Assembly: GCA_035297125.1 (NCBI GenBank)
Contig: DATGZQ010000068.1
Span: 17,095 to 81,094 of the forward strand
Direction of reading: 5' to 3'
Source: Thermoplasmata archaeon
GTDB taxonomy: Archaea; Thermoplasmatota; Thermoplasmata; Lutacidiplasmatales; UBA184
Length of the DNA: 64,000 nucleotides
Part shown: piece after piece, positions 56,321 to 64,000 of the stretch
Layout of the letters: every line of letters starts with the position of its first letter
Numbering within the stretch: the first letter of the stretch is position 1
Program-made: the position numbers and the translations under genes
Notes under the pieces: generated by a model
Seen by the model: the letters and a program-made list of their open reading frames with translations, nothing else
Told to the model about the DNA's origin: nothing
The model's database searches: none

Positions 56321-56677
56321 ATGTCTTCGAAGCAGAACGGGAGTCGTATTGTCGCGTTCGCTCTCGCGACCGGGATGCTCGCGGTGATCGTCGCTTCCGG
56401 CATTGCGACCAACGCTGGGGTGGGCCAGGGAACGTCCAGCTGTACCTACGGTAGCTGCCCCGCCGCAGCGTCGTTCCCTCCTTGGGCGATCGGGACTTCG
56501 GTCCTGGTCGTCATCATCGCGCTCATTGCAGGGCTTCTCCTGCTCCGCCGGCGTCGCAAGCAGCCGCCGGCTGCCACCGACGCCGCCCCAGCGGCTCCCG
56601 AGACCGCCGCGTGGACCGATTCGGACGTTCCCGAGGGCGAGCCGGTGCCGGTGGAAGAGACCCTTCCCGAGTCCTAA
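56321..56677 (+). CDS. Small 2-TM membrane protein with a CTYGxC loop (paralogue 1)
   Basis: TM1, then GVGQGTSSCTYGSCPAAASFPPWAI, then TM2, then RRRR and an acidic Pro-rich tail. It is a paralogue of 58863..59495. Confidence 0.6.
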   Translation: MSSKQNGSRIVAFALATGMLAVIVASGIATNAGVGQGTSSCTYGSCPAAASFPPWAIGTSVLVVIIALIAGLLLLRRRRKQPPAATDAAPAAPETAAWTDSDVPEGEPVPVEETLPES

Positions 56678-56860
56678 GCGGGAATCGCGGTCGCCCCGGT
56701 ATCGCGTCGAAACGGGGGGAGTTCGGTAGAGCGGAGCCGCGGTGTGAGCCGCGGCGGCAGTCGAGGTCCCCGTCCAAAGCGTCACGCTGCTCCGACCTGC
56801 CGCCGGGCCGCCTCGAGTGCCTACGTATTTAGCACGCGGGGAAAACCCCCGGAGGCCTAG

Positions 56861-58426
56861 GTGTCCGCCGTGCAGGGGACTGAGGTTCGCGACGGCCTCT
56901 CGACCGTCACTCGGGGGACGATCTACCTGATCGTCACGACGTTCCTGTTCGTCCTTTTCAGCTTCCTCTCCCGGGTGCTACTGGTCCGCAGCATCTCGCC
57001 CGGCGACTGGAGCGCGTTCGCCTTCGGTTTCACGGCGGCGGGGGTCCTGTCGGCGGTGGGCGCGCTCGGCCTGCCCTTGGCCGTAGCCCGTAGCCTCCCG
57101 TACTCGACCTCCGACTCGGAGCGGAGGACGATCGTCCGCACGGCGTTCACGGTCGGAGGCGTTGCCGCGGCCACCTCGGCCGTAGCCCTCGGCCTCTCCG
57201 GACCCACCCTCGGAAACGCCCTCGGCTCTCCGGCGATCGGCTTCGGCCTCGAGTTCTTCGCCATCGCCGCCGGGTTCAGCATCGTCTCGAACCTGATCGC
57301 GGCGGTGTTCCAGGGGTTCGCTGACGTTCTCCCGAACGCCCTGTTCGTCCAGGTGCTCAACCCCGCGTTGTTCCTGGGGTTCGTGGTCGCCGCGGTCACG
57401 CTGCCGCCACGCCAGCTGACGTACCACGACGCGCTGATCACCTACGCCGTGGCGGCCGTTGTCACGACGGTGGGCCTCGTGGTCTACGCGCTTCGACGCC
57501 TGCCACGTCGCCTGCCCCCGGGTCCCGGAGCCCCCCACGCGCGCGGCGAACTCCTCCGCTTCACGGCACCTCTGTTCGTCGTCGGCGCCATGGCGACCCT
57601 CCTCGGGTCGAGCGACACGCTCGTCCTGGGGATCTTCCGGTCCGGCGAGGTCGGGACCTACACGGCCTCGCTCACGCTCGCGAGGCTGCTGCTGGTCGGG
57701 ATCAATGCCGCGGCGTACGTCTTCCTTCCTGTCGCGGCCCGCTTCGTCCGACGTGGCGATTCCCACGCGGTCCGGCTCACGTACGCTACCATCACGAAAT
57801 GGCTTGTCGTCCTCTCCATGCCTCTCCTGTTCCTGTTCGTCCTTCTCCCGAGCGAATCCCTCGGGTTCGTGTACGGTTCCGCTTACTCGACGACGGTCCT
57901 GCCTCTCCAGATCACCGTGCTGGGGGCGTTCGTCATGACGCTGCTGGGCCCGTCCACTGTCGCCCAGGTCGCCTACGGGTACACCCGTTTGCTCGCGTAC
58001 AACGCTATCGCTGCCGGGGCCACCGACGTCGTCCTCGCGCTCCTGCTCGTCCCCCGCATGGGGTACGTGGGCGCGGCGATCGCCTGGAGCAGCGCCGCCG
58101 TGCTCTACTCGGGGCTTGCCCTCGTGGAGATCGCGTCCAGCGACCGGATCCACCCGTTCCGGAGGCAGTTCGTCGTCCCCCTCGCGGTCGCCGCGCTGCC
58201 CGTCGCGGCGCTGTTCCTCGTCTTCCGCCCGACCTTCCCCGGGTGGGCTCTTCCTCCGCTAGGGCTGGCGCTCGCCGGGCTGTTCGTCCTGGTCACGGTC
58301 GCGACCCGCAGCATCGACGAGGGCGACCGGCTCCTTCTGGAGGCCGTCGAGCGTCTGATCGGCAGGCCGCTTCCGTTCGTCCGTCGCCTGGGCCGCCGTG
58401 TGGTCCGAAAGGACCTGAGGCGCTGA
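56861..58426 (+). CDS. MOP-superfamily polysaccharide/oligosaccharide flippase (Wzx-like)
   Basis: 521 aa with about 14 TM helices, and a composition and topology typical of polysaccharide biosynthesis (Wzx/RfbX) proteins. Confidence 0.65.
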   Translation: MSAVQGTEVRDGLSTVTRGTIYLIVTTFLFVLFSFLSRVLLVRSISPGDWSAFAFGFTAAGVLSAVGALGLPLAVARSLPYSTSDSERRTIVRTAFTVGGVAAATSAVALGLSGPTLGNALGSPAIGFGLEFFAIAAGFSIVSNLIAAVFQGFADVLPNALFVQVLNPALFLGFVVAAVTLPPRQLTYHDALITYAVAAVVTTVGLVVYALRRLPRRLPPGPGAPHARGELLRFTAPLFVVGAMATLLGSSDTLVLGIFRSGEVGTYTASLTLARLLLVGINAAAYVFLPVAARFVRRGDSHAVRLTYATITKWLVVLSMPLLFLFVLLPSESLGFVYGSAYSTTVLPLQITVLGAFVMTLLGPSTVAQVAYGYTRLLAYNAIAAGATDVVLALLLVPRMGYVGAAIAWSSAAVLYSGLALVEIASSDRIHPFRRQFVVPLAVAALPVAALFLVFRPTFPGWALPPLGLALAGLFVLVTVATRSIDEGDRLLLEAVERLIGRPLPFVRRLGRRVVRKDLRR

Positions 58427-58690
58427 TCCCGTCGTGCGAGCGGGTTTCGGACGGGACTCGCGCGCGTGATCGAGGAGGAGGAGGACGATTCCGCCGGCCA
58501 GGAGGATAAAGACGTACTCCGCGAAGGTATTCGACGATGCCGATTCTCCTGCCGCGTCCAAGACCGCGGTTACGATGAGCAGCGCGAGCGCGGCGACGAT
58601 CGGATAGCGCGGGTCCAGACGAACCCAGGCCGAGTAGACCAGGTAGACCGCGAGCAGGACAACGAACAGGAGCAGGTACGGAACGGTCAC
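58259..58690 (-). CDS. Small 3-TM membrane protein, hypothetical
   Basis: The first ~85 aa are clearly membrane-like. The hydrophilic tail overlaps the flippase 3' end by 168 nt and may be partly artefactual. Confidence 0.4.
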   Translation of the reverse strand: MTVPYLLLFVVLLAVYLVYSAWVRLDPRYPIVAALALLIVTAVLDAAGESASSNTFAEYVFILLAGGIVLLLLDHARESRPKPARTTGSAPQVLSDHTAAQATDERKRPADQTLDGLQKEPVALVDAAGRDRDQDEQPGERQP

Positions 58691-58807
58691 GAGGGGCCGA
58701 ACCCGCGTACCCGCGCCGGTTCTAAATCGTATGCGTTAAATGCCCCGGCGGTTGGCCTGCCTCGTACGTCGTGGCGATCGCGGCTCCGAGCGTACCCTCA
58801 CAGCACG

Positions 58808-58816
58808 TTTACATAG
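58808..58816 (+). promoter_or_regulatory. TATA-like box (tttacatag) upstream of CTYGxC protein 2
   Basis: Its position argues that the ATG at 58863, not 58827, is the real start. Confidence 0.3.
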
Positions 58817-58862
58817 GACCGATGGCATGGAAAGGTTGCAAGGGCGTTCGCGCCCTGTCACG

Positions 58863-59495
58863 ATGACATCGGAAAGACGAGGCACACGCATCGTCCCCGT
58901 TTCGCTCGGCATCGCCATGCTCGCCGTGGTCGTGCTGGCCGGACTCACGCCGAACACCGGTGTGGTCCAGGCCGCATCGGGCTGTACGTACGGGCAGTGC
59001 GTCGCGCCGGCCACGTTCCCCACGTGGGCGATCGCGACGTCGGTCGCGCTCGTGGTCGTGGCCCTTCTGGTCGCGTTGCTGATCCTCCGTCGCCGCCGCA
59101 CTCCGCCCCCGCCCGCGGCACCCGTCTCCGAATGGTCGGGAGGCCCGCCCGCAGGCGCCGGCGGCCCGACGCCCCCGGCCGCCCCTTCCGAATGGGAGGA
59201 GGCGTCTCTCGCCGGTGGAGTTGGCGCAGGCGCGATGGGCGCGGCCGATTGGCGCGAACCGACGCCCGTGACCCCGCCCGAACCCGTCGAGCCCGAGACC
59301 CTGCCGACGTCCGAGCCCCTCGCTCCGGCCCCAGCGGCCGAGGTCCCGAAGGCGGCCGAGCCCGAGGCGGAGCCGGACATCGACTCGTTGATGCAGGAGC
59401 TCGACAAGATCAGTTCCGAGATCCTCAAGCGAACCCCGAAGAAGCGGGTGGACACGCCTTCCGCCGGGGACGCTGCGGAAGACCCCCCGGCCTGA
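58863..59495 (+). CDS. 2-TM membrane protein with a CTYGxC loop and a long Pro/Glu-rich tail (paralogue 2)
   Basis: MTSERRGTRIV aligns residue for residue with MSSKQNGSRIV of paralogue 1. The same CTYGQC...FPTWAI...RRRR core is present. Confidence 0.6.
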   Translation: MTSERRGTRIVPVSLGIAMLAVVVLAGLTPNTGVVQAASGCTYGQCVAPATFPTWAIATSVALVVVALLVALLILRRRRTPPPPAAPVSEWSGGPPAGAGGPTPPAAPSEWEEASLAGGVGAGAMGAADWREPTPVTPPEPVEPETLPTSEPLAPAPAAEVPKAAEPEAEPDIDSLMQELDKISSEILKRTPKKRVDTPSAGDAAEDPPA

Positions 59496-59541
59496 GCCCG
59501 CTCCGGCGGTCCTTAAGAGGCCCCTCCCGGTCTACGCTCCG

Positions 59542-59796
59542 ATGACCTCCGTCGCCGACCGGGACGATACGGATCGGTTGCTCGACGAGCTGCGGGACGC
59601 GATCCAGCGCTCGCCGGTCCGCCCGCGCGAGATCGAGGTCGGCGTCGCGCTCTCCATCGCCCTCGGGCGCCGCCGCCCGTCCGTCTCCTGCGGCGGCTGC
59701 TCCACACCACTTGAGTTCGAAGGGATCCCTGCCCAGACGAACGCCGGGCTTTCCGCTCCCTTCCGGCTTATCGTCGACGGGGCCGGCGGGTCCTAG
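59542..59796 (+). CDS. Hypothetical 84-aa protein
   Basis: ATG start and moderately protein-like composition. I recognised no family. Confidence 0.3.
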   Translation: MTSVADRDDTDRLLDELRDAIQRSPVRPREIEVGVALSIALGRRRPSVSCGGCSTPLEFEGIPAQTNAGLSAPFRLIVDGAGGS

Positions 59797-59819
59797 GGCG
59801 ACTGAGGAGGACCTTCGGG

Positions 59820-60512
59820 ATGGTCTTCTCCCTGGTCGGCGAGGTCGTGAACCTCATCGTCTGGATCCTCCAGACGATCGGCCTACCGGGTCTGTTCGTC
59901 CTGATGATGGTCGAGAGCTTCGGGATACCCCCGATCCCGAGCGAGGTGATCCTGACGTTCTCCGGGTTCCTCGTTGCGGAGGGCATCTTCCCGCTCCCGG
60001 GCGCGATCGCGGTCGCGCTCGTCGGCGGGCTGGTCGGTTCCTACGTCGCGTACGCGCTCGGACGCTGGGGACGCGAGAAGATCACCGGGATCGGCCTCGG
60101 GGCACTGCGGATCGAACCGAGCCATCTCGAGAGGATGGACCGCTGGTTCTCCCGGCACGGGGAGGTGACGGTCGCCCTCGCGCGCCTTGTGCCGGTGGTC
60201 CGGAGCTACATCAGCTACCCGGCCGGGACCGCCCGGATGGAGCCCGTCCGTTTCGGCATCTACACGACGGTGGGGTCGACGCCGTTCGTGTTGGTGCTCC
60301 TCTACGCAGGGATCGTCCTCCGTTCCCGCTGGGCAACCATCACTTCCTACTTCACGCTCCTCGACTACGCGTTCGGCGCGCTCGCCGGTCTCGCGGTCGT
60401 CTACCTCGTCCTGCTCGTCATGGGCTGGGTCGAACCTGGATGGCCCCCCCGCGTCAGGGATCGAGCGACCGGCTCCCCGCCCACGGACGCCGTGGCCCGC
60501 CCGCCGCCCTGA
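59820..60512 (+). CDS. dedA: DedA/SNARE-associated family membrane protein
   Basis: GLPGLFVLMMVESFGIPPIPSEVILTFSGFL and the later VPVVRSYISYPAG motif. Confidence 0.8.
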   Translation: MVFSLVGEVVNLIVWILQTIGLPGLFVLMMVESFGIPPIPSEVILTFSGFLVAEGIFPLPGAIAVALVGGLVGSYVAYALGRWGREKITGIGLGALRIEPSHLERMDRWFSRHGEVTVALARLVPVVRSYISYPAGTARMEPVRFGIYTTVGSTPFVLVLLYAGIVLRSRWATITSYFTLLDYAFGALAGLAVVYLVLLVMGWVEPGWPPRVRDRATGSPPTDAVARPPP

Positions 60513-60557
60513 GGGGAGCGCGTACCGGCCCTCGGCCCGGGAGACGGTCCCGAGGGA

Positions 60558-61901
60558 CTAGGACGGGACTACCTCTCCAGGAGCGTACTCCGGTCGGACG
60601 ACCCGTCCCGTCGGACGGCCTACGTACTCTCCGCCGGCCACGATCCTCTCCCCGTCCCGCCAGTGCTCGGAGGGTCGGATCACTTCGCGTCCTTCGAACG
60701 CGGTCCAGCGGCCCGCGCGGTCGTTGCCCGCGAGTCGAACGCGAGCGCGGAAGTCCACGACGAGGAGATTCGCCCGGTGGCCGGGAGCGATCCGCCCGAG
60801 CGGCTGGCCGAGCCACCGGGCCGGGCGCTCGCAGGCGCTCGCGACCAGGATGGGTAGGGAGACCTCCCGGGCCCGGACCCGCGCGAGGAGGAGCGGCAGC
60901 ATGGTATCGACCCCGGGCATGCCGCTGGGTGCGCGCTCGAACCCGAGTCCCTTTGCCTCAGCGGAGTGGGGAGCGTGGTCGCTCGCGAGGCAGGGGACCT
61001 CGCCACGGCAGAACGCCTCCCAGAGTCCGAGCCGGTCGGCCTCGCTTCGGAGGGGCGGGTTGACCTTGAACCGGGCGTCGGCCCCGGGCCGCGCGGAGAG
61101 CAGGAGGTGGTGCGGGGTCGCCTCGAAGGAGATGCCGGCCGCTCGGAGCACTGCGGCCGACGCGGGGGTCGTGACGTGGGCGATGTGGAGGCGCAGGCCG
61201 GGCGGCGCGGCGACGAGCCGCCGGATCGCTGCCGCCTCGGCCTCGGGCGGACGTTGTAGGTTCCACCCAACCGGGTCGGTCGGTGGGACCTGCGTGCGGA
61301 AGAGGGTGGGGTCTTCCGCGTGAACGGAGACGGGGAGGCCAGCGACCGCCAGCCGTCCGAGGAGCTCGTCGAGCTCTGTCGCCGACGGCGGGTCGTCCAT
61401 CCCGGTGGTGGGGCTGAGGAAGACCTTGAACCCGCCCGCGCGCCGGGCGAGGCCGGAGATGGAATTCGGCCGCCGGGGGCTCGCGTAGAGGAGGATGTCG
61501 ACGGCGGCCTTGTGCCGCGCGATCGACTCCCGCGCATCCACCCGCTCGACCGAGTCGACCGGCGGGCTCTTGTTCGGCATGTCGCCCACCAGCGTCACGC
61601 CGCCCAGCGCGGCCTCCACCGTGCCCGCGGCGACCGACTCGGGGCCCGTGGCGCCGTCCGGGCTCCTCAGGTGAACGTGGAGGTCGGTCGCGGCCGGCAG
61701 GATCACCGCGTCGCCGACGTCGTGGCGGGGAGCTCCCGAGCGTATACGGCCCATCGAGAGGATGCGACCGTCCTCGGCGATCGCGATCTCGAGCGGCTGG
61801 AGCCGGCCCCCCACGAGAGCCCGGCCCGCGAGGATGCGTGCCGGGGACTCCCGGACCGCTTCTCCGGGCGGGCGGTCGCGTCGCCGCACCGGGGGGACCA
61901 T
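60558..61901 (-). CDS. pyrC: Dihydroorotase (cyclic amidohydrolase family)
   Basis: ATDLHVHLR, SVHAED, HIAHVTT and ASDHAPH metal-binding motifs. Start placed at the internal ATG (MVPPV). Confidence 0.75.
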   Translation of the reverse strand: MVPPVRRRDRPPGEAVRESPARILAGRALVGGRLQPLEIAIAEDGRILSMGRIRSGAPRHDVGDAVILPAATDLHVHLRSPDGATGPESVAAGTVEAALGGVTLVGDMPNKSPPVDSVERVDARESIARHKAAVDILLYASPRRPNSISGLARRAGGFKVFLSPTTGMDDPPSATELDELLGRLAVAGLPVSVHAEDPTLFRTQVPPTDPVGWNLQRPPEAEAAAIRRLVAAPPGLRLHIAHVTTPASAAVLRAAGISFEATPHHLLLSARPGADARFKVNPPLRSEADRLGLWEAFCRGEVPCLASDHAPHSAEAKGLGFERAPSGMPGVDTMLPLLLARVRAREVSLPILVASACERPARWLGQPLGRIAPGHRANLLVVDFRARVRLAGNDRAGRWTAFEGREVIRPSEHWRDGERIVAGGEYVGRPTGRVVRPEYAPGEVVPS

Positions 61902-61983
61902 CGCTTCGCGGACGCGGGCGGATGGTAAGAAGGCGGCGGGACCCCCATCCAAAGGGCTTTTTGCCGGCGCCCCTCCCCGCACC

Positions 61984-63045
61984 GTGGCAGGTCGGTCTCG
62001 AGCCACTCGAACCCGGACGTACGCTGCCAGCGGCGTCAACCGCTCGAAGGTCACGAAGGCGCTCGGCGAGCTCCTGCGGGCCGCCCGGTACACTGCGCCC
62101 GCCTCCCACGGTCGTCCCCTGGACGCTCCGGGACACTACGCCGGGATCGTCCGGGTCGGCCGGGAGACGCTCGCTGTAACCACCGACACCGTCGGAACCA
62201 AGGTCCTGCTCGCGGAGAAGCTCGGGCGCTGGGAAGAGGTCGGAGAGGACACCGTCGCCATCAACGTGAACGACCTGGCCTCGGTCGGGGCGCGCCCCGT
62301 TGGGATCGTCGACACGATCCTATGCGCGCAACCGGATGCCGCGACCTTCCGGGCGATCGGCCGCGGCCTCGCCAGGGGCCTCACGGCCGCACGCTGTTCG
62401 CTCCTTGGCGGCGAGACGGCCGTCGTCGGCGAGATCGTCCGGGGGATCGACCTCGGAGCCACGGCCTTCGGCGTCTTCCCGGACGGCAGGGCCCCGGTTC
62501 TCGGGAAACGCATCCGACCGGGGGATGCGATCGTGGGCATCCCGTCGACGGGGATCCACGCGAATGGGTTCACGCTCGTCCGGCGCCTTCTCGACGAGTC
62601 CCGTGTCGACCTCCGTCGCCCGCGCCCCGGCGCGCGCCTCGCCGTCGGGAGAGAGCTCCTCACGCCAACGCGGACCTATTCCGAGTTCGCGGACGCGCTC
62701 GCGGAGCTCCCCGGCATCCACGGGCTCGCCCACATTTCTGGCGGCGGGGTCCGAAACCTCCCGCGCCTGAACCAGCACGTCCGGTTCAACCTCGACAGCT
62801 GGCCCGCCCCTCCTCCGCTGTTCGGGTGGCTGCAGGAGCTCGGAGGGCTCTCGGACCGTGAGATGTTCGAGACGTTCAACGCGGGGATCGGTTTCGTGAT
62901 CGTTGTGGCGGGCTCCCAGGTTGGCTCGATCCGTCGACGGCTCGCTCGTGTCGGCGCTCGGGATTCCGTCGTGATCGGCCACGTAGAGAAGGGGCGCGGA
63001 GTGGTCGTACCTTCCCGCGCCCTGCGGTACGAAGGGTATTCGTGA
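61984..63045 (+). CDS. purM: Phosphoribosylformylglycinamidine cyclo-ligase (AIR synthetase)
   Basis: YAASGVN, TTDTVGTKV, AINVNDLASVGARP, GGETAV, STGIHANGFTL and AHISGGG motifs. The GTG start at 61984 is tentative. Confidence 0.8.
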   Translation: MAGRSRATRTRTYAASGVNRSKVTKALGELLRAARYTAPASHGRPLDAPGHYAGIVRVGRETLAVTTDTVGTKVLLAEKLGRWEEVGEDTVAINVNDLASVGARPVGIVDTILCAQPDAATFRAIGRGLARGLTAARCSLLGGETAVVGEIVRGIDLGATAFGVFPDGRAPVLGKRIRPGDAIVGIPSTGIHANGFTLVRRLLDESRVDLRRPRPGARLAVGRELLTPTRTYSEFADALAELPGIHGLAHISGGGVRNLPRLNQHVRFNLDSWPAPPPLFGWLQELGGLSDREMFETFNAGIGFVIVVAGSQVGSIRRRLARVGARDSVVIGHVEKGRGVVVPSRALRYEGYS

Positions 63046-63110
63046 GCGGGCCGCCCGACGGCGCGATTCTTCCCCAAACGATTAGGGATGCGGCCTGCTG
63101 ACGCGGGATT

Positions 63111-64000
63111 GTGACAACCGCCGCCCGGAACCGGGCCCTCGCGATCGGGCTCTCCTTGATTGCCGCCTTCACCTGGGCGACGTACTACCTGTTCGTCCTC
63201 TGGGTGAGCCCGGGGACTCCCCCGTCGGCGATCGTCGTCTATCCGTTCGTGTTCGGAGGGGGCGCATACGCGGCGCTCGCGCTCGTTCAGGGGCACGCCA
63301 CGGCGTTCGGGCGTGTATGGCGTACGTCGGATGCGTACGTCCGCGTCGCGTTCCTGATGGGAATGCAGCTTTCGGTCCTGGCGTCTACCCTTCTCGCCGG
63401 TCCGGTCGATACGTCCCTTCTCGCACTGATCGGGGACGTGATCGCGACCCCCATCCTCGCCGCGTGGCTGGTAGGGCTCTACCGCAAGCAGATCGGGACC
63501 CCCCTCTTCGTTGCCGGCCTCGTCACGAGCCTTCTGGGCGGAACGATGGCCATCCTTGGCGGTCAGCGCCTCGCCCCCGTCCCGTATGTGGGGTGGCTCG
63601 CAGTCGCGGCCGTACCCGTGATGACCGCATTCTACTTCGTCCTCACCGCGCGAGCCGGGGAGACCGCCCCCTCCTCCGCGATCGTGGCGCAGTCGATGCT
63701 CGCGGCGGCGGTAGTGAGCCTCGTCATCGCCCCGCTCGTCCCCGGTGGATGGAGCGGGATCCTCCACATCGCGCCGCTCCCGCTCGCCGCGCTCGCGGCG
63801 ACCGGGCTCACGAGCTTCTTCCTCGCCCCGCTGGTGTACTTCCGGGCCATCGACCGTGTCGGCCTCGTGCTCCCGCCGATGCTCATGACCGCGATACCGG
63901 TCTTCACGCTGCTGCTCTCGGCGGGCGTCCTCGGCCTCGGCCTTCCGCTGCTTGCCGTGCTCGGCGTACCGGTGGCTGCCGCTGGCGGCATTCTCGCCCT
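63111..64000 (+). CDS. EamA/DMT-family transporter (3' end beyond the window; absent from the ORF track)
   Basis: My own translation from the GTG at 63111 gives an uninterrupted ~296-codon hydrophobic ORF (ALAIGLSLIAAFTWATYYLFVLW...) with about 9 TM helices. Confidence 0.55.
   Translation, partial: MTTAARNRALAIGLSLIAAFTWATYYLFVLWVSPGTPPSAIVVYPFVFGGGAYAALALVQGHATAFGRVWRTSDAYVRVAFLMGMQLSVLASTLLAGPVDTSLLALIGDVIATPILAAWLVGLYRKQIGTPLFVAGLVTSLLGGTMAILGGQRLAPVPYVGWLAVAAVPVMTAFYFVLTARAGETAPSSAIVAQSMLAAAVVSLVIAPLVPGGWSGILHIAPLPLAALAATGLTSFFLAPLVYFRAIDRVGLVLPPMLMTAIPVFTLLLSAGVLGLGLPLLAVLGVPVAAAGGILA

Overview
The window is a very GC-rich stretch of archaeal chromosome. The information-processing genes are archaeal: TBP, a group II chaperonin, DnaG-type primase, the PolD small subunit, S8e, SRP19 and RNase HII. 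PolD, a glucose dehydrogenase/KDG-aldolase pair and a cytochrome-c-free oxidase suggest a Thermoplasmata-like euryarchaeon, but that is inference only.

Coding density is high. Many genes are joined by ATGA or GTGA stop/start overlaps. Intergenic spacers are short and carry AT-richer TATA-like boxes 25-50 nt upstream of start codons, so many transcripts are probably leaderless or have short leaders. I found two tRNAs, Val-GAC and Pro-GGG. I saw no rRNA, CRISPR array, transposase or integrase.

Three regions deserve a second look:
1. About 19.3-31.1 kb: an aerobic respiratory supercluster. It holds two membrane-anchored blue copper proteins, a CuA subunit II apparently split after its first helix, an AbrB-PhoU-like regulator, TatA/TatC/TatA-like genes, Rieske and cytochrome b, small membrane proteins, oxidase subunit I, and haem A and haem O synthases.
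2. About 42-54 kb: an acetate/acetyl-CoA node. It holds ADP-forming and AMP-forming acetyl-CoA synthetases, a SatP-type channel, a CoA-transferase-like::GNAT fusion, an HDAC/AcuC-type deacetylase and a 2-oxoacid:ferredoxin oxidoreductase. It looks like an Acs lysine-acetylation switch.
3. About 54-59.5 kb: two paralogous small membrane proteins with a conserved CTYGxC loop. They flank a Wzx-like flippase and sit next to a large polytopic membrane protein.

All functional calls come from reading motifs by eye in the supplied translations. No database search was run. Because the DNA is so GC-rich, most long ORFs in the six-frame track are antisense or off-frame shadows, and I rejected them.
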